Source: a virus
Length of the DNA stretch: 64,000 bases
Direction: 5' to 3' (one strand)
IMG/VR virus record: IMGVR_UViG_3300045988_154761
Span: 96,001-160,000 of that record
Part shown: positions 61,012 through 64,000 of the stretch, piece by piece
Layout of the letters: each line of letters starts with the position of its first letter
Position numbering within the stretch: the stretch's first letter is position 1
The notes under the pieces: generated by a model
The model's input: the letters and a program-made list of their open reading frames with translations, nothing else
Databases searched by the model: none
Told to the model about the DNA's origin: nothing
Program-made: the position numbers and the translations under genes

Positions 61012-61461
61012 TTAACGGACACAAATTGAACCAATGTCTTCATAACGAACGACTTTGTATTCTTCTCGATTATTGTCACGAAGATGAATTTCCTGAAGTC
61101 GTTCATTCCATGTTACATAATCACACCACATATCAGTGCCATCTTTAAGATAAACCTGAGTCACTGGATGCTCCCTCCTTATTTTCTTCCAAAAATATTT
61201 TTGTTGTTCACAGAAATGCTCATATTCATATTTTTCATCCCTTCGACGGTATTCCTCGTAATACTTTTTAGCCATAGCTAAAGAATCAATAGACTTACCA
61301 TCTTTGAATTTTCTTGCTGCTAAGATTGAAGTTTCATCCATTTTAGCAATTCCAATGAATGTGAGAATTGTAATAGGAATTACAATAAACCAAAACAAAG
61401 GAACTCCTGCAAACAGACGAATTAGAATTGCAATGGGAAGACCAATTGCGAAGTAAGCCAA
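61012..61461 (-). CDS. membrane-anchored hypothetical protein (149 aa), TTG start
   Basis: track ORF; two N-terminal hydrophobic helices. Confidence 0.6.
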   Translation of the reverse strand: MAYFAIGLPIAILIRLFAGVPLFWFIVIPITILTFIGIAKMDETSILAARKFKDGKSIDSLAMAKKYYEEYRRRDEKYEYEHFCEQQKYFWKKIRREHPVTQVYLKDGTDMWCDYVTWNERLQEIHLRDNNREEYKVVRYEDIGSICVR

Positions 61462-61494
61462 AGTATCACAACCTTTCTTTAATTTTGATTATAC

Positions 61495-61821
61495 TTAGGT
61501 TTCATCAGTAATTTTCCCTCCTCTCTTTTCTTTAACTACCTGAGCATAATCCATTTCATAACACCAAATAGAGCCATTGTCATACAAAGGCTTGACAGTG
61601 ACATTATCGGGATTTAACAAATTATCTCTAACATGATTTACTTCCTTCATAGAGAAGAAATAACGAGCGGTTTCATCCTTACGCTTGCGCATACAAACTT
61701 TGTTGAAATGACAGATACACTCTGTAAAGTAAGAGTCAAGCATTTCAGACATGACTTCGGCAAAAATAGCAGCAGAAGAGACAGGAATAGTATTGTTGTT
61801 AAGATTCTTTTTCATAACCAT
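61495..61821 (-). CDS. hypothetical protein (108 aa)
   Basis: ATG at 61819-61821 after GAAAGGA; the longer track start is rejected. Confidence 0.6.
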   Translation of the reverse strand: MVMKKNLNNNTIPVSSAAIFAEVMSEMLDSYFTECICHFNKVCMRKRKDETARYFFSMKEVNHVRDNLLNPDNVTVKPLYDNGSIWCYEMDYAQVVKEKRGGKITDET

Positions 61822-62037
61822 AAATCCTTTCTTAAATAAATAGTTTGATTGTTGAGGTTGATTTGTAAGAAAGGGGAGATTTCTCTCCCCAATCTTATTT
61901 TGCTCTACCAATGAGCCACAGGATTGCGATTGCAATCTCAAAACAAAGTAACACACCTTCGATGGTTATACACTTCACCTCCTTTCATTAAATTTTAAAG
62001 AATTTACATATACACCATCTCCTTTCTTATTATAACA

Positions 62038-62739
62038 TTAATGCTGCTGGAATACAACAGTTTTCACCTTCTTATTCCAACATTTCTGACAAACTGTACA
62101 AGTGACAGTCTTATCATGCTGATTAGGACAAGTCGTATAATTCTTGGGGAATTCAGGGTTCTTAGACTTGTCCTTGAAATCAACATAAGCCACAGGAAGA
62201 TTATACGGATTAGGAACAACCCAATCTTTATCCCATGCAGAGAAGATAACATTTAAGTTTTTGGGAAGCTTTTCATTTTCAGAAAGCCATTCGTTCACGA
62301 TAAAATACTTCTTCGTAAATGCCATAAACTTAATCTTGGGATTCTTCAAAGCAATGTTAACCATTCCATCGAAGAAATCGTAATCAGGAATATCACCAGC
62401 ATCGAAAAATCTGCAAAGACCAAGACCAGAATGTTTGAGCTTGAAATCAACCTGATTCCAGAAATCCTCGTGGTCGTTGTTATAAATACGAAGATTGCGC
62501 AGATATGAAGCCTGAACAACCGCAATCTGCTGACAACCTTTCATACAATAACAACCATCCTTCTTACAAGGAGCATCTTCACGACAACAACAAGTCGGAA
62601 CTGCCAAATCAATGACTCCCATCCCAGTCTTGGAGTTCTTGGTAGTCATGTGAATCTCATTCGTTCTCATAGAGAGATGCTGAATGTATTCCTCACGAGA
62701 CATGGTGAATTCCTTCTTGTTGTTAACAGATTTAGCCAT
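62038..62739 (-). CDS. Cys-rich protein, possibly GP88-like family
   Basis: ATG after AAAGGAAG; PTCCCREDAPCKKDGCYCMKG and a C-terminal CxxC; family call from memory only. Confidence 0.5.
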   Translation of the reverse strand: MAKSVNNKKEFTMSREEYIQHLSMRTNEIHMTTKNSKTGMGVIDLAVPTCCCREDAPCKKDGCYCMKGCQQIAVVQASYLRNLRIYNNDHEDFWNQVDFKLKHSGLGLCRFFDAGDIPDYDFFDGMVNIALKNPKIKFMAFTKKYFIVNEWLSENEKLPKNLNVIFSAWDKDWVVPNPYNLPVAYVDFKDKSKNPEFPKNYTTCPNQHDKTVTCTVCQKCWNKKVKTVVFQQH

Positions 62740-62794
62740 AGTTAAAACTTCCTTTCAAAAATAAAATGTTTGTCGGTATGTTAGGGACTATATG

Positions 62795-63325
62795 TTAGCA
62801 ATACTCATGGGTGGTTTTATTTTCATCCATAGCACTGATTGCCTTAGTAGAAAGGCATAAAAAGTCTTCGTTTGTAAAAGTATGAAGTTGATTTTGTGCT
62901 TTGTGCTTGGCATCGTCAAAACTTTTTGCTTCAACGACAACTTCGAGAGTACCTTTAATTTCAAGGTTAACTTCATACTTTTGAAGTTTAGAAGACAGCT
63001 TAAGTTCTGTTGCATAATACTCTTTAAGAGTTCTTGTCGCAGAAGCAAAGCTAGACCCAAAAGCAAGACCAGTCCAAAGAGTAATGTTTCTCTTAAGGTC
63101 AACAATCCAATAGACAGTAGGATGTTCAAGCTCTTCCTTCATTTCAGATTGCTCCTTGAGATACTTCATAAAGTCCCGAAGATACTCATACATATAGGCT
63201 TCTTTGATATGTTTGCCATCATACTGAGAAGTAGGCAAAGAAATGTTGTCATAATACTCAGGGTCTCCAAAAGCAATCATGACAACGGGCTTATTGATAT
63301 GGTCTCCACAGAAATAAGTTAACAT
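62795..63325 (-). CDS. hypothetical protein (176 aa)
   Basis: ATG at 63323-63325 after AAGGAG, TAATG junction with the upstream gene. Confidence 0.65.
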   Translation of the reverse strand: MLTYFCGDHINKPVVMIAFGDPEYYDNISLPTSQYDGKHIKEAYMYEYLRDFMKYLKEQSEMKEELEHPTVYWIVDLKRNITLWTGLAFGSSFASATRTLKEYYATELKLSSKLQKYEVNLEIKGTLEVVVEAKSFDDAKHKAQNQLHTFTNEDFLCLSTKAISAMDENKTTHEYC

Positions 63326-63651
63326 TACGCACACTCCTTTTCAATTTCTTTGATGTGAGACAGCATGGAATTTGTAGCAGGAACAAAGTTATGGATATAA
63401 GAAAGCGCATAGTGATTTTTCCAATCACGACTATCCCAAATCCATTTGATAGAAAGTTTTCCAGTTTCGGGGTTGTAGATAGTCATGATTCCAAGACATC
63501 TTTCAGGACTTTCATCAAGGATATCAACTTTGTACGGGTAAAACTCGATATAATATCTATGTTCTACGTTTGCCCAAGGGATAAAGATTTTAAACTTGCC
63601 ATACTCATTTTCGAGGTTGGTACGAACAGAATGAAGATTTAAAGTTGACAT
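63325..63651 (-). CDS. hypothetical protein (108 aa), paralog of the partial gene at 63696
   Basis: ATG after AAAGGAG. Confidence 0.65.
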   Translation of the reverse strand: MSTLNLHSVRTNLENEYGKFKIFIPWANVEHRYYIEFYPYKVDILDESPERCLGIMTIYNPETGKLSIKWIWDSRDWKNHYALSYIHNFVPATNSMLSHIKEIEKECA

Positions 63652-63695
63652 AATTATACTCCTTTCAAATTTAACCTACTTGATTTAAGATAACC

Positions 63696-64000
63696 TTATT
63701 CATACTCCCTTTCTAACTGTCTAATAATGCCTTCCAAATTTTCCACGACTCTCTGAAAACAATAAAAATAAGATTCATCCCAATGATAACATCTTTTCTT
63801 ATTGTCACGGACACAGGTAACTTTAAGAGATTCTATTTCTTCAATCCATGTAACATGAATATTATAAGAATCTCTTGGAAGCGTATCATCCCGCTCACCG
63901 ACAAAGTTGTACTGATATGGTGTAAACTGGATAAGATAACGATGATGAATATTTGTTTCATGGGACCAAATCTTGATATCACCATAAATAGATTCGACAG
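63696..64000 (-). CDS. hypothetical protein, 3' part (start lies beyond the window), paralog of 63325-63651
   Basis: open - strand frame ending ...IIRQLEREYE, stop complement at 63696-63698; shares the HRY.I.F.PY pattern. Confidence 0.55.
   Translation of the reverse strand, partial: VESIYGDIKIWSHETNIHHRYLIQFTPYQYNFVGERDDTLPRDSYNIHVTWIEEIESLKVTCVRDNKKRCYHWDESYFYCFQRVVENLEGIIRQLEREYE

Noticed and set aside
1-64000. CRISPR arrays, rRNA genes, integrase or transposase genes
   Set aside because: I found no regularly spaced direct repeats with unique spacers, no rRNA-like segments, and no recognisable recombinase motifs in any frame inspected.

Overview
AT-rich, tightly packed phage-like segment. 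About 100 short genes lie on the + strand up to 60.4 kb, followed by a convergent - strand block from 61.0 kb. (1) The left 10.4 kb is an RNA-gene island. It holds 14 hand-folded canonical tRNAs, all with encoded CCA. It also holds three interrupted tRNA genes: two carry 59-67 nt insertions in the anticodon loop, and one is split by a 220 nt group I-like intron whose predicted splice product has anticodon CUA. A 12-copy family of RNA elements has a covarying closing helix and an invariant ACAGCAA, and several copies have tRNA-mimic cores. There are also several GC-rich ORF-free structured spacers and three homing-endonuclease genes. (2) TAG is a sense codon, most likely Gln. Fifteen frames contain 40 in-frame TAGs and no other stops, concentrated in homing-endonuclease-like and lysis genes. 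(3) About 25 near-consensus TTGACA-N17-TGnTATAAT promoters are present, and many sit inside hairpins whose 3' arm is the Shine-Dalgarno sequence of the next gene. (4) Candidate ncRNAs include a ~770 nt structured RNA with its own promoter and terminator (29.4-30.2 kb) and a ~125 nt hairpin RNA with three CCUCC motifs. (5) Recognisable proteins are GIY-YIG, HNH, HNH-AP2 and PD-(D/E)XK endonucleases, C5 DNA methyltransferase, radical SAM enzyme, CYTH, YkuK/DUF458, a DUF2828-like vWA protein, a NAGPA+SPOR lysin, a BI-1-like membrane protein and an AT-hook protein. Several paralog families occur, notably four proteins sharing MKQIRKNVFETNSSSxHSL. No CRISPR array and no rRNA were seen. All RNA folds and protein family calls were made by eye, without tools.
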